This document shows positions 8,537-17,832 of a stretch of 35,129 bases of DNA, one piece after another. A program made the translations under genes and the position numbers. The notes under the pieces were generated by a model that was not told the DNA's origin, ran no database searches, and saw only the letters and a program-made list of their open reading frames with translations. Within the stretch, counting starts at the first letter, position 1; every line of letters starts with the position of its first letter. The stretch covers positions 1-35,129 of the IMG/VR virus record IMGVR_UViG_2563366956_000015. One strand, 5' to 3'. This DNA is from a virus (Duplodnaviria; Heunggongvirae; Uroviricota; Caudoviricetes).

Positions 8537-9496
8537 ATGAAAATTTGTATCGACGACGGCTCCACCAACATCAAGCTGGCATGGACTGAGAACGGCGAAC
8601 GCCGCAACGCCATCAGCCCGAACAGCTTCAAGTCGGAATGGTCTGCGCCGTTCGGTGGCACGCAGCCCGCGAATTACATGCTTGATGGCGTGCGCTATGG
8701 TTTTGATCCGGTCAGCGATCGCTTTGTCCAGACGACCGACACGCAATACCAGTACAGCGATGTGAATGTCATTGCCATTCATCACGCGCTGGTCAAATCA
8801 GGCATCACGCCACAGGAGGTGGATGTGGTTGTCACCCTGCCACTGAGCGAGTATTTCGACACAAACGCCCAGCCGGATATGACCAACATCAACCGCAAAA
8901 AAGCGAACGTTATGCGCCCGGTGGAGTACCAGAACGGCGAAGCATTCACTATCCGTAACGTGCGGGTTATGCCTGAATCCATTCCGGCTGGCTTTAAGGC
9001 GCTGGCTGACATGAGTCCGTTTGAATCCCTGCTGATTGTGGATTTAGGCGGAACCACGCTGGATGTGGCAAAGGTTCAGGGACAACTGGCAGGTATCAGC
9101 CAGGTGTTTTGCGATCCACACGTAGGCGTTTCTCTGATGGCCGATGCCGTGCTGTCGGTGATGGCCACTAACGGTATGCGCACCAGTCACCACATCGCCA
9201 ATACCATTATCGAACATCGCCATGATGAAGCCTGGCTGCGCCAGCACATCCACAATGACGCACATTACAACAGCCTGATGGCGGTTATTCGTGAAAAGGA
9301 AGAAACACTGAAACAACGTGTACTCCGCGCGCTGGCGAGCTTTTCGGGTTACGGGCGGGTGATGGTTGTCGGTGGAGGGGCGGAGATTGTGGCACCCGCT
9401 GTCCGCGAAGCCTGCGGAGTTAATGCGACTTTTATCGCGGACGGGGTGCCACAGTTTGCTCTGGTTAATGGTCTCCACGCCATGAACAGGGAATAG
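8537..9496 (+). CDS. parM: actin-like segregation ATPase, ParM/StbA family
   Basis: N-terminal MKICIDDGSTNIKLAW, plus ISPNSFK, YSDVNV..HHAL, VMPESIPAG, DLGGTTLDV and VGGGAE blocks, all match plasmid R1 ParM as I recall it. Confidence 0.85.
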   Translation: MKICIDDGSTNIKLAWTENGERRNAISPNSFKSEWSAPFGGTQPANYMLDGVRYGFDPVSDRFVQTTDTQYQYSDVNVIAIHHALVKSGITPQEVDVVVTLPLSEYFDTNAQPDMTNINRKKANVMRPVEYQNGEAFTIRNVRVMPESIPAGFKALADMSPFESLLIVDLGGTTLDVAKVQGQLAGISQVFCDPHVGVSLMADAVLSVMATNGMRTSHHIANTIIEHRHDEAWLRQHIHNDAHYNSLMAVIREKEETLKQRVLRALASFSGYGRVMVVGGGAEIVAPAVREACGVNATFIADGVPQFALVNGLHAMNRE

Positions 9497-9499
9497 ATC

Positions 9500-9811
9500 A
9501 TGACGACATCAACCAGACGGATAAGTTTCTATCTGAAGCCAGCCGCAGTCAAGAACGAAAGCGAAGCGTGTGCCTGGCTGGACAGTCTTACACCAGAAGC
9601 CCGCAAAAGCGGCCAGCGTGTGGCTTTTCTGGCCGGACTGGCGCTTCTGAAGAAGAATCCGGCAGAGGCTTACCGGCTGGCTGCATGGGCTGACGATGAG
9701 CCGTTACCCGTGACACAGGTCTGTGCGGAAAAAACCAAAACACAGGCTGCGCCAGAGGCTCAGACAACCAGCCAGATGGCCGCAAACATCAGGGCGTTAT
9801 TCCCCGAATAA
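9500..9811 (+). CDS. parR: ParR-like partition adaptor/repressor (putative)
   Basis: Directly downstream of the parM-like gene; about 100 aa; RISFYLKP, LAGLALL and C-terminal RALFPE resemble R1 ParR features from memory. Confidence 0.55.
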   Translation: MTTSTRRISFYLKPAAVKNESEACAWLDSLTPEARKSGQRVAFLAGLALLKKNPAEAYRLAAWADDEPLPVTQVCAEKTKTQAAPEAQTTSQMAANIRALFPE

Positions 9812-9886
9812 GGCGACGTGATAAGGCATGGCGGACAGTTTTTATTTAGTGCGTCATGCCTTCAGGACAGCAAGCATGAGGCATCC

Positions 9887-10087
9887 ATGACGAAAAGACT
9901 GACATTACTTTTTTCGCTGGTTTTCGTTCCGTTGGCGCACTCAGGCACACCGAACTGCACAACGGAAAAGAGCAACACAGTCATCGTTGTCCAGTGCGAT
10001 GACGGCACGGTGACAATCACCGACTCAAGCAAGGGGAGCGTACTGGTCTGTCGCAAAGGGCAGCTCTGTCAACACACTGAACTTTGA
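9887..10087 (+). CDS. small secreted Cys-rich protein (signal peptide, about 66 aa precursor)
   Basis: ORF 9818..10087 trimmed to the ATG at 9887 after a GAGG RBS; MTKRLTLLFSLVFVPLAHS looks like a signal peptide; four Cys in the mature part. Confidence 0.5.
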   Translation: MTKRLTLLFSLVFVPLAHSGTPNCTTEKSNTVIVVQCDDGTVTITDSSKGSVLVCRKGQLCQHTEL

Positions 10088-10099
10088 AGGAGAAAGAAG

Positions 10100-10432
10100 A
10101 TGACCACAGCATACTCTGCAATGACCCCGGAAAAAGCACTCCATCTGATAGAACGACTGGAGGCGCTCGCCACAGAGGAAGAAATCTCCCCGGAGAAACT
10201 GGTTGAGTGCTGCCGTGTGATGTTGCGTCGCAAGGACGACATTGCGCGGCTGACATCCTACACATCATCCGTATCTGTCAGGCGAACGATTTATTGCAGC
10301 TTCTGCAAGAAACCACAGCACGCCGTCAAAAAGCTAATTGCCGGGGACGACGTTTTCATCTGCGACGAGTGTGTGGAAGCGTGCAACAGAGCTATCCGGG
10401 AAGAGCAAGAAAAGCGGGGAGTAAGAGGATGA
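10100..10432 (+). CDS. protein with a C-terminal ClpX-type C4 zinc-finger domain
   Basis: [35 protein letters not shown] matches the ClpX N-terminal zinc-binding motif (CSFCGK...LIAG...ICDECV). Confidence 0.6.
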   Translation: MTTAYSAMTPEKALHLIERLEALATEEEISPEKLVECCRVMLRRKDDIARLTSYTSSVSVRRTIYCSFCKKPQHAVKKLIAGDDVFICDECVEACNRAIREEQEKRGVRG

Positions 10433-10496
10433 ATGACGAATTTGACGGCTTTTAATTTTATCGGGGCGCACTGTCGCCCCGCACGAGGAAAACACG

Positions 10497-11006
10497 ATGA
10501 CAAAAGATGAATATCTGTTCATGACGAACGCGTTGCGGGTTGGTCTGGCCCCCTGCCCTGTCTCCGTGGAGTCTGTTGTCGGGAACACGATTTTTCGAAC
10601 ACTGCGCGATCGTGTCTCCGTGAAAATGATTCATCCGCTACCCAAAACCGCCAGCATGATCTATCTGCCGTTGCCCGACGCGATCCGGCTCATGCGTTCG
10701 CTGAAATTTGCGATTTGGATGCAGACACAACTCAACAAAGCAGTACAAAACACCTTCGTTAAGAGATTGATGCCAGAGCTTGCCGCCAGATGCGCAAAAT
10801 GCACCAGACCAGCACTTCACTTTGATCTGTCGTTGATTCAACGCGCTGCCGAATCCGAGTTCTACCGACTTGCCTTTCTCCGTCATGCGCGACATGAGGA
10901 CAAAGAGATACGCCGCCTTTTGAATCTGTTTGTTTTTTCCGTTCGACGCACACGCGTTCAGGTCAATCGCATGATGCAGGCGCAGGACAAAGGAGGCAAT
11001 CAGTGA
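10497..11006 (+). CDS. hypothetical protein (169 aa)
   Basis: ORF in the accessory island; no family recognised. Confidence 0.5.
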   Translation: MTKDEYLFMTNALRVGLAPCPVSVESVVGNTIFRTLRDRVSVKMIHPLPKTASMIYLPLPDAIRLMRSLKFAIWMQTQLNKAVQNTFVKRLMPELAARCAKCTRPALHFDLSLIQRAAESEFYRLAFLRHARHEDKEIRRLLNLFVFSVRRTRVQVNRMMQAQDKGGNQ

Positions 11007-11542
11007 GCGGGATTGACTATCAGGCACTGCGTGAAGCGGCAGAGCAGGCAATACATGATGACTGGGGATATGATGCGGATATTTTCCATGAACAGGTGAC
11101 ACCATCGGTTGTGCTGGCGTTGCTGGATGAGAATGAAAGAATGTGCCGCAACCTCATCGCCCGCAATGGTGAGATTGAAGGGCTTCGAAGGCGGGCTGCT
11201 GAACTGGAAAAAATCGCCACTGACTATGCACTGAAATTCCAGAAAGCACAGGATGCACTAAAGTACGCCGTGTTAATGCGTAACAAAGCGCTTTCTTTTG
11301 AAGAGGCGATGCAATGTACAAAAGAAAAATACGAGGGAGTCATAAAAAAACTTGCCAAAAACGAGCATCCAGTCTCACCAATACCAAAACCAGAGAATGA
11401 CAAATTTACTGTATCGATCCCGGACCCAAAGGAGTATTTCATTAACGGCGTATTCCAGCCTTTGCGGTACGAAAGAGATGTTGAACGAGCCATCATAAAG
11501 GCTGGCGGAAAAGTCTCGTGGCAGGAGGCGGAAGATAATTAG
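11003..11542 (+). CDS. Ea22-like protein
   Basis: TPSVVLALLDENE motif and coiled-coil-like middle region; ATGA-type overlap with the upstream gene. Confidence 0.55.
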   Translation: MSGIDYQALREAAEQAIHDDWGYDADIFHEQVTPSVVLALLDENERMCRNLIARNGEIEGLRRRAAELEKIATDYALKFQKAQDALKYAVLMRNKALSFEEAMQCTKEKYEGVIKKLAKNEHPVSPIPKPENDKFTVSIPDPKEYFINGVFQPLRYERDVERAIIKAGGKVSWQEAEDN

Positions 11543-11559
11543 ATCCACGACAAACCAGG

Positions 11560-11982
11560 GCGATAATCACACATCGCCCTGCTGCACAATAGTGCACAAA
11601 TTTGCACAATTTTTTTGAACGACTTTTTGCCCTTCCGGCCCACGTGGCGGCTGGATCCGTTAAGGATCCGTGCGTGCACAAAAAAACGCGTTTTTGTTGC
11701 GCGCAGGTGCCGGGGAACAGCCCGCAATTTGGGGTCTGAAAGCACCCTCAGAAATCGCCAGAAATGCGGCTGATTGCGCCCCCTGACGCGATGTTTTATT
11801 GGTTGTGTGTGAAGTATGGGCTGATGCATCACACGCCCTGTGATGCGCTTTGGTGCGGCGTGTGCTGACAGGTTATTCAACCTGGTAGATCCCTGAGATG
11901 CCTGGTGCGTGACACACCGGAGCTGGTGAGTCGGGGCATAAATTTTTTATGCCCCGGCGAAGCAGCAGACAAGCGGAGCGCG
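11560..11982. other. putative cos/packaging region between the accessory island and portal gene Q
   Basis: Non-coding, as in P2 between old and Q; GGTGCCGGGGAACAGCC and GGGGTCTGAAAGCACC loosely resemble the P2/186 cos sequence; three TGCACAA repeats at 10-bp spacing (11583-11609); 11-bp-arm palindrome at about 11932-11958. Confidence 0.4.
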
Positions 11983-13032
11983 TCAGGATGTGGGCGGGGT
12001 ATCCAGCAGTGCGTAAGGGTTAAAGCGGATCACCTCCTCGCCCAGCCAGTCATTAACGTGCTTCATCGCCTCCATCACCGGCATCAGTTCGTTGATCGCA
12101 AACACTCTTGCCGCCTTCTCCACATCACCAAATGACCCCTGTCCGCTGGGCATTGCGCCCATCAGTTGTGGTGGTACGCGGTGAGCAGCCAGCACATCAT
12201 CGCGGGAGGCCGCCTTGACGTTCATAAACTCATCCCGGGCGGTGATCTGCTGGAACGGCAGGATTTGCACACCGTCCTTCCCGCCGTTCGGTGCCTGGAG
12301 CAGCAGGTTTTTGAATGCCCCACCGCCTCTTGCGCCCTGCAACGCTCTTTCGAGCGCCTGCATACTTTCGCGGTCAACCTGTGCTGCTCCCACGTAAATA
12401 ATGCAGCCTGCGTGTGAACCGTTGTCATAGTAGAGTTTGCGAAAACGATCTGCCGAGTGCGACAGACTGGCAGACAACAGGCCGCCGAGATATTCCGGCA
12501 TTCCGTACATCTCCTGGTTGATGTCAGGGTTCAGCACATGACAGACGCGCCCCTGACGGAACTCGTGATCCTGCTCGCCCGTCTGCACAAACCAGTACAC
12601 ATCCGGCTCCACACCACGGCGGGTGTACTTCGCCAGTGCGTGCCGCAGTTCCAGTTTTCCGCCCAGCCTGTTGGTACGCAGTTCAAGAAACGCATTCCCG
12701 AAGACAAACCAGTCCAGCGCAAAGGCGGAGAACGCCTGCCGGGACAACAGCCGGTGCGGAATGAAGCAGCCCAGAATGGCATTTCGTTTGAAGTACAGCG
12801 CCGACTGATGCCACGAGGTCTGCCGGGATGCCCGCGCCAGCCCGTACCAGTCAACGGGCGTTTCATAGTATCTGCCGTTACTCAGGCAGTATGCGTTATC
12901 CAGCAGGTCGAGCGCGTGCGCATCGTAAGGGCCATCGAACGAGAAGGCGCTTAACGACGGCTGGCGGCGCAGTGCCTCTGCCAGCTCCACGCCGTCATCG
13001 CGGCGGGTATATTTTCGTTTTTGTTTTTTCAT
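11983..13032 (-). CDS. Q: capsid portal protein (P2 gpQ-like)
   Basis: 349 aa; position and orientation (divergent from O..N) match P2 Q. Confidence 0.85.
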   Translation of the reverse strand: MKKQKRKYTRRDDGVELAEALRRQPSLSAFSFDGPYDAHALDLLDNAYCLSNGRYYETPVDWYGLARASRQTSWHQSALYFKRNAILGCFIPHRLLSRQAFSAFALDWFVFGNAFLELRTNRLGGKLELRHALAKYTRRGVEPDVYWFVQTGEQDHEFRQGRVCHVLNPDINQEMYGMPEYLGGLLSASLSHSADRFRKLYYDNGSHAGCIIYVGAAQVDRESMQALERALQGARGGGAFKNLLLQAPNGGKDGVQILPFQQITARDEFMNVKAASRDDVLAAHRVPPQLMGAMPSGQGSFGDVEKAARVFAINELMPVMEAMKHVNDWLGEEVIRFNPYALLDTPPTS

Positions 13033-14786
13033 CAGAACTCAATCACCCGCATTCCTGTTGCACCGTCCTCATCGCCCAGCGGCTCGTTAATGACGGCAAG
13101 CATGGTTGCCCACGCGAGGTCGCCGTGGTTTACGCCGCGCGTGCGGTCTGTTTCATACGTTATTGCGCCGCCCGCCGTTTTTGCCTTGCGCACGGCGTTG
13201 AATGCCCTGACCAGCTCACGTTCGCCCCGGTCATACTCCCAGCGCCCCGCACGAATAATCTGCAACATCTTCAGCACAAGCGCGCGTTTGGATGCCAGCG
13301 TGAACGTGTACGGTACGGCGGCAGGCCAGAACCGCCGCACTATCTGGTACACTGCCTCACCGTTACCGCCGGTCACGTCGATGCCAATGTGCTGGACGTT
13401 GTATTTGTGCGTGAACTGCTCAATCACACGGGCCTGCTCTTCAAATTCCAGCCCCTGCACCTGCAACGTCTCCACCGTGCGGAATTTGCCGCCCCTGACA
13501 GCAGGCGGAACAACAACAGACAGCGCCCCGCTGTCGCCGTTACCGCTGCTGCCGTTAGCGTCGTAGCCAATCCACACCGGACGATTACCCACCGGACGTG
13601 CTGCGAACGGTTTCCAGTCATTCCACTCGTCATAGCCATCCACGCCACAGCCCAGCAGGGCATTAAGGTCGAAAGCGGATTCGCCGTCGCTGACAAACTC
13701 GCACATGTAGAGATTGCGGAACTCATCCGGCGAGTTCATGTTGCGGATTTTGTCGATACTGGTGAGCGTCCAGCCCAGGTCAACCGCATCCTGAATCGTC
13801 ACGATTTGCCGCCACGCACTGTCGGGGCACAGCACGCCACTCTTCAGGGCGTGGTGGGACACATCAATCTCCCGGCGCTCACTGCGTGGTCGCCCTGCAT
13901 TCCACCGCGCCCCGTTCCAGAACTGAAACGCCTCGTGCATCTCCGACGACGGCGTGGAGAAGTAGGTCTGCGTCAGGCCGTTAAGCGTGGCCATCGCGCC
14001 TGCGACCTTGCGCAGCGTGATGAAGTTCGACACCCAGAAAAATTCATCAAAATACAGATTACCCGTATATGACTGTGCAGTCGCGGCGGATGTCCCCAGA
14101 AAATGCAGTTCCGCGCCGTTGGAAAGCACAATTTTGTCACCGCCTTTCAGCTCAACATCCACAGCCTGTGCCGCCTTCTGAATCACGCCTTTAAACTGAA
14201 AAGCCTGACGGCGCGAGGCTGACAAAAAAATCTGGTTTCGCTGGTACGGATATTTCACGCTCTCATCCAGCGCACGCAGCAGTGCCTCCTGCGCAAAATA
14301 CCAGGTCGCGCCTATCTGTCGGGATTTCACAATGATGCGAATATCAACACCGGCACGACGGCAGACTTCCAGCGCCTCATACCAGCGTCGCTGATGCTCT
14401 GCCAGTTGACCGGTGATGTGTTCGCGCAGTGCGGCAACCTGCGATTCGGAAAAATGGTTTTTCAGCTTTCGTTTTCGCGGGCTTTTTTCCGCTCCACCCC
14501 TGTTGTCATTCAGTTTTGCGAGCTGGCGTGTCAGCAGGTCGATTTCCTTAAAATCACCGCCGCTCTTTTCAGCTTTTGAGGTCAGCTGAACCAGTCGCGC
14601 ATCAATCGACTGCGTGACCCGCTCCACGGGCGGCGTTTCATCCCATCCGTCGCGCTTTTTCCACGAATAAATCGTGTTCTGACTGATACCCATCAGCCGC
14701 GATATTTCAGCGGGCGGGTAACCCTGCCAGTAAAGCTGTTTTGCCCGCAGCCTGATGAATGCGTCCTGAATCATGCCGTCTGTCAC
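13032..14786 (-). CDS. P: terminase large (ATPase) subunit (P2 gpP-like)
   Basis: 584 aa; precedes Q on the same strand with overlapping stop/start; typical terminase size. Confidence 0.85.
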   Translation of the reverse strand: MTDGMIQDAFIRLRAKQLYWQGYPPAEISRLMGISQNTIYSWKKRDGWDETPPVERVTQSIDARLVQLTSKAEKSGGDFKEIDLLTRQLAKLNDNRGGAEKSPRKRKLKNHFSESQVAALREHITGQLAEHQRRWYEALEVCRRAGVDIRIIVKSRQIGATWYFAQEALLRALDESVKYPYQRNQIFLSASRRQAFQFKGVIQKAAQAVDVELKGGDKIVLSNGAELHFLGTSAATAQSYTGNLYFDEFFWVSNFITLRKVAGAMATLNGLTQTYFSTPSSEMHEAFQFWNGARWNAGRPRSERREIDVSHHALKSGVLCPDSAWRQIVTIQDAVDLGWTLTSIDKIRNMNSPDEFRNLYMCEFVSDGESAFDLNALLGCGVDGYDEWNDWKPFAARPVGNRPVWIGYDANGSSGNGDSGALSVVVPPAVRGGKFRTVETLQVQGLEFEEQARVIEQFTHKYNVQHIGIDVTGGNGEAVYQIVRRFWPAAVPYTFTLASKRALVLKMLQIIRAGRWEYDRGERELVRAFNAVRKAKTAGGAITYETDRTRGVNHGDLAWATMLAVINEPLGDEDGATGMRVIEF

Positions 14787-14836
14787 CTCCTGTCATACAG
14801 GCTACCCGCGCGCGTCCCGTCTGCGCTTCCTGTTCC

Positions 14837-14860
14837 TGTTCTGGCGGTTCTCCGACAACA
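14837..14860 (+). promoter_or_regulatory. late-promoter activator-site-like dyad (TGTTCT-N-CCGACAACA) in the P/O divergent region
   Basis: TGTTCTGGCGGTTCTCCGACAACA; a near-identical motif recurs at 33251-33274; resembles the Ogr-dependent TGT...ACA late promoter element. Confidence 0.5.
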
Positions 14861-14925
14861 ACGCCGCGTTGAGCGCGGGCCGCAGGGCGCGTCATCATGA
14901 GCACAACGATATTCGAGGAGGCCGT

Positions 14926-15795
14926 ATGGCAGACAAGAAACCTGAACGAAAAAAATTCCGCGTGGCCGTTTCCGGTACGACCTCAGACGGGCGCGAAATC
15001 TGTGGCGACATGCTGAAAGCTGCCGCCGCCAGTTATGACCCGTCCGTCTACGGCGCACGTGTGAACGTTGAGCACATCCTTTCACCGCACCCGGACAGCG
15101 CCTTCGCGGCGATGGGGGATGTGGTGGCACTGAGCGCAGAGGACATCACTGACGGGCCGCTGGCGGGGCGCACGGCGCTGTATGCCGAAATTGAACCCAC
15201 CGGACGCATGAAGAAACTGCTGGATGACGGCAAAAAGATTTATGCCAGCATCGAGCTTTACCCGCAGTCATTCATCACGGGCGGTCCGTATGTTCAGGGA
15301 CTGGCGATGACCGACAGCCCGGCAAGTCTTGGCACTGAGCGTCTGCAATTTGCCGCACAGCAGCGCGCGCAGGCGATGGCGTTTAACAATCAGCAGTGTG
15401 AGCCGCCGTTTTTCACCGATGCCATTGAGGCCGGCGTCATTGCCCTGAACCAGCGCCAGAACGACGAAGGCGTTCAGTGGTTCGCGCGTGTCATGAACCT
15501 CATCAGCGGCAGCCGTAAAACGGACAGCGAACAGTTTGCGCAGATGCGTGACGTTGTGGAGCGCGTGGCCTCTGCGCACGCTGACCTGCTTGACCGTTTC
15601 AACGCACAGGAACGCCAGCGCGACGAAGACCGCGCACAAATCACCCGTCTGACCCGCGAACTGACCACGCTACGTACGCAGCTACAGGCACAGGACAGCG
15701 ACACGCATCAGCGCTTCTCCGCAACGGGCGCTGACGCACCTGCTCACACTGGCGTAACCGGCGGCGGCATTGCTTACACCGCCTGTGATTTCTGA
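14926..15795 (+). CDS. O: capsid scaffolding protein (P2 gpO-like)
   Basis: ORF trimmed to the ATG at 14926 after a GAGGAGG RBS; 289 aa; position before the major capsid gene. Confidence 0.85.
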   Translation: MADKKPERKKFRVAVSGTTSDGREICGDMLKAAAASYDPSVYGARVNVEHILSPHPDSAFAAMGDVVALSAEDITDGPLAGRTALYAEIEPTGRMKKLLDDGKKIYASIELYPQSFITGGPYVQGLAMTDSPASLGTERLQFAAQQRAQAMAFNNQQCEPPFFTDAIEAGVIALNQRQNDEGVQWFARVMNLISGSRKTDSEQFAQMRDVVERVASAHADLLDRFNAQERQRDEDRAQITRLTRELTTLRTQLQAQDSDTHQRFSATGADAPAHTGVTGGGIAYTACDF

Positions 15796-15804
15796 GGATT
15801 AACC

Positions 15805-16866
15805 ATGAACCTGACTCTTTCATCCACCACCCGTGGCGCTCTGGCGATGTATATGCAGCAGCAGGCGGGCATGAACAATGTTTCTCCCGCTGCGCTTGCT
15901 CAGCGTTTCAACGTTCAGCCCGCCGTGCAGCAGCGCATGGAAAATGCCATTCAGCAGAGCGACGAGCTGCTGCAAAGAATCAACGTCATCGGTGTGACCG
16001 ACCAGAAAGGCGAAAAAGTCCTGATCGGCATCAACGGTCCGTCCGCCAGTGTGAACACCAGTACAAGTGAGCGCCGCGAACCGGCATCACTCCACGAGCT
16101 GGCGGCACGCCAGTACGCCTGCGAGCAGGTCAACTACGACACATTTATCAGCTACGCACAACTGGACGCGTGGTCCGCACACCCGGATTTTCAGGCTCGG
16201 GTCAGCGCGCAGATTGCCCGCCGTATCGCCCTTGATCGCATCATGATTGGTTTCAACGGCACGTCCCGCGCCGTGAAGTCCGACCGCAGCAGTAACCCGC
16301 TGTTGCAGGACTGTGGCGTGGGCTGGCTGGAAAGCATCCGCCAGAATGCAGCCCAGCGCGTGATGTCTGATGTCACCATTACGGCACGCGATATGGACAA
16401 CGCCGTCACCTACAAAGGCAAGTACAACAACCCGGACGCGCTGGTACAGGATGCGCGCTCATCACTGCTGGATGAGTGGTACAAGGATTCATCCGACCTT
16501 GTGGTGATGATGGGACGCGACCTGTTCAACACGCTGCGCCTGCCACTCATTAACGCCATGAGTGCCGCCGCGCCGAACACGGAACTGATGGCCGGTCAGT
16601 TGATTACCTCCTCACGCCTGATTGGTGGTCTGCCGGTATATCTCGCACCGTTCTTCCCGAAAGACGCGCTGCTCATCACCTCGTTCGACAACCTGTCCAT
16701 CTACTACCAGGTGGGGGCATTACGTCGTCTGATGCGTGAAGAGCCGGACTACAACCGCATCGCAACCTATCAGTCCTCCAACGATGCGTGGGTGGTGGAA
16801 GACTTCGGCAAGTGCGCCCTTATCACGGGGCTGAAACTGGCTGATGAAAGCCATCACGAAGACTGA
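15805..16866 (+). CDS. N: major capsid protein (P2 gpN-like)
   Basis: RSSNPLLQDCGVGWLESIRQNAAQRVMS matches conserved P2 N sequence as recalled; 353 aa. Confidence 0.9.
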   Translation: MNLTLSSTTRGALAMYMQQQAGMNNVSPAALAQRFNVQPAVQQRMENAIQQSDELLQRINVIGVTDQKGEKVLIGINGPSASVNTSTSERREPASLHELAARQYACEQVNYDTFISYAQLDAWSAHPDFQARVSAQIARRIALDRIMIGFNGTSRAVKSDRSSNPLLQDCGVGWLESIRQNAAQRVMSDVTITARDMDNAVTYKGKYNNPDALVQDARSSLLDEWYKDSSDLVVMMGRDLFNTLRLPLINAMSAAAPNTELMAGQLITSSRLIGGLPVYLAPFFPKDALLITSFDNLSIYYQVGALRRLMREEPDYNRIATYQSSNDAWVVEDFGKCALITGLKLADESHHED

Positions 16867-16915
16867 TTTACCTGAACCACGGGCGGGCGCTGACCGCCCG
16901 TAAGAGGAGAGAACA

Positions 16916-17713
16916 ATGCTGACACCGGCACAGGCGCATTTTCAGCGCACGATGGCACAACGCGCCGGACTGACCGATGACAGTCAGTCACAGACGGTGC
17001 GCACGGCTCACGAACAAATCCTGCATCGCCTGCGACTGGCACAGGCACGACTGAAAGGCATTCAGTCAAAGGCAGCGAAAGCGGAACTGAAAAAGACGCT
17101 GCTGCCGGATTTTTCCGGCTGGATTGACGGCACGCTCGAGAGCGACAGCGGACGCCAGGATGAGGTGATAGTCACCCTCATGGTCTGGGCCGTTGACTGC
17201 GGTGATTTGCCGCTGGCGCTGCGCATCGGTGAGTACGTGGTACGCCATAACCTCAGCACACCGGACAGCTTCGGGCGCGATGCCGCCACGCTGCTGACAG
17301 AGGAAATCTGTAACCCGGTGCTGACGCTGGCAGGCACTGACCAGGACGCGGATTTGTCCGGATACATCGCCCCGCTGGACACGCTACAGGAAATTATCGC
17401 CGGTCGGGACATGCCGGACGAGGTCCGCGCCAAACTCTGCAAGGCGCGCGCGTTTTCCCGTCGTGCTCTGACAGATGCAGACAGTATGGCCCTGTCGCTG
17501 AAACTGCTGCGCGAAGCGATGCACCTGAACCCGAACGCGGGCGTGAAGCGCGAGATTGCCACGCTGTCCCGTGCGGTGAAAAAGCTGACCAGTACCGACG
17601 GTGCGGAGAACAACGCGGAAGGCAAAAGTACCGCGAAAACCGTGACGAAAAAGGCAGGCAAAAAGAGCGCCACAAAAGCCACTGCCACACGGAAAAGCAA
17701 AAAATCCGCGTGA
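16916..17713 (+). CDS. M: terminase small/endonuclease subunit (P2 gpM-like)
   Basis: Position after N; 265 aa with a basic Lys-rich C-terminal tail. Confidence 0.8.
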   Translation: MLTPAQAHFQRTMAQRAGLTDDSQSQTVRTAHEQILHRLRLAQARLKGIQSKAAKAELKKTLLPDFSGWIDGTLESDSGRQDEVIVTLMVWAVDCGDLPLALRIGEYVVRHNLSTPDSFGRDAATLLTEEICNPVLTLAGTDQDADLSGYIAPLDTLQEIIAGRDMPDEVRAKLCKARAFSRRALTDADSMALSLKLLREAMHLNPNAGVKREIATLSRAVKKLTSTDGAENNAEGKSTAKTVTKKAGKKSATKATATRKSKKSA

Positions 17714-17832
17714 GACTCTCACGCATACCGACTTCGCCCCGGCGACAGGCGGCGCGAACGGTCACCTGGTTTTTTAACTCCGCGACCTTCTGACCGTTCG
17801 CCCACCGCCTGACTTTTTAACGGAGGCTCGTC

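Noticed and set aside
12828-14072. 414-aa plus-strand ORF overlapping Q and P
   Set aside because: Antisense to the conserved portal and terminase genes; Arg/Pro/Ala-rich low-complexity translation typical of a GC-rich shadow frame.
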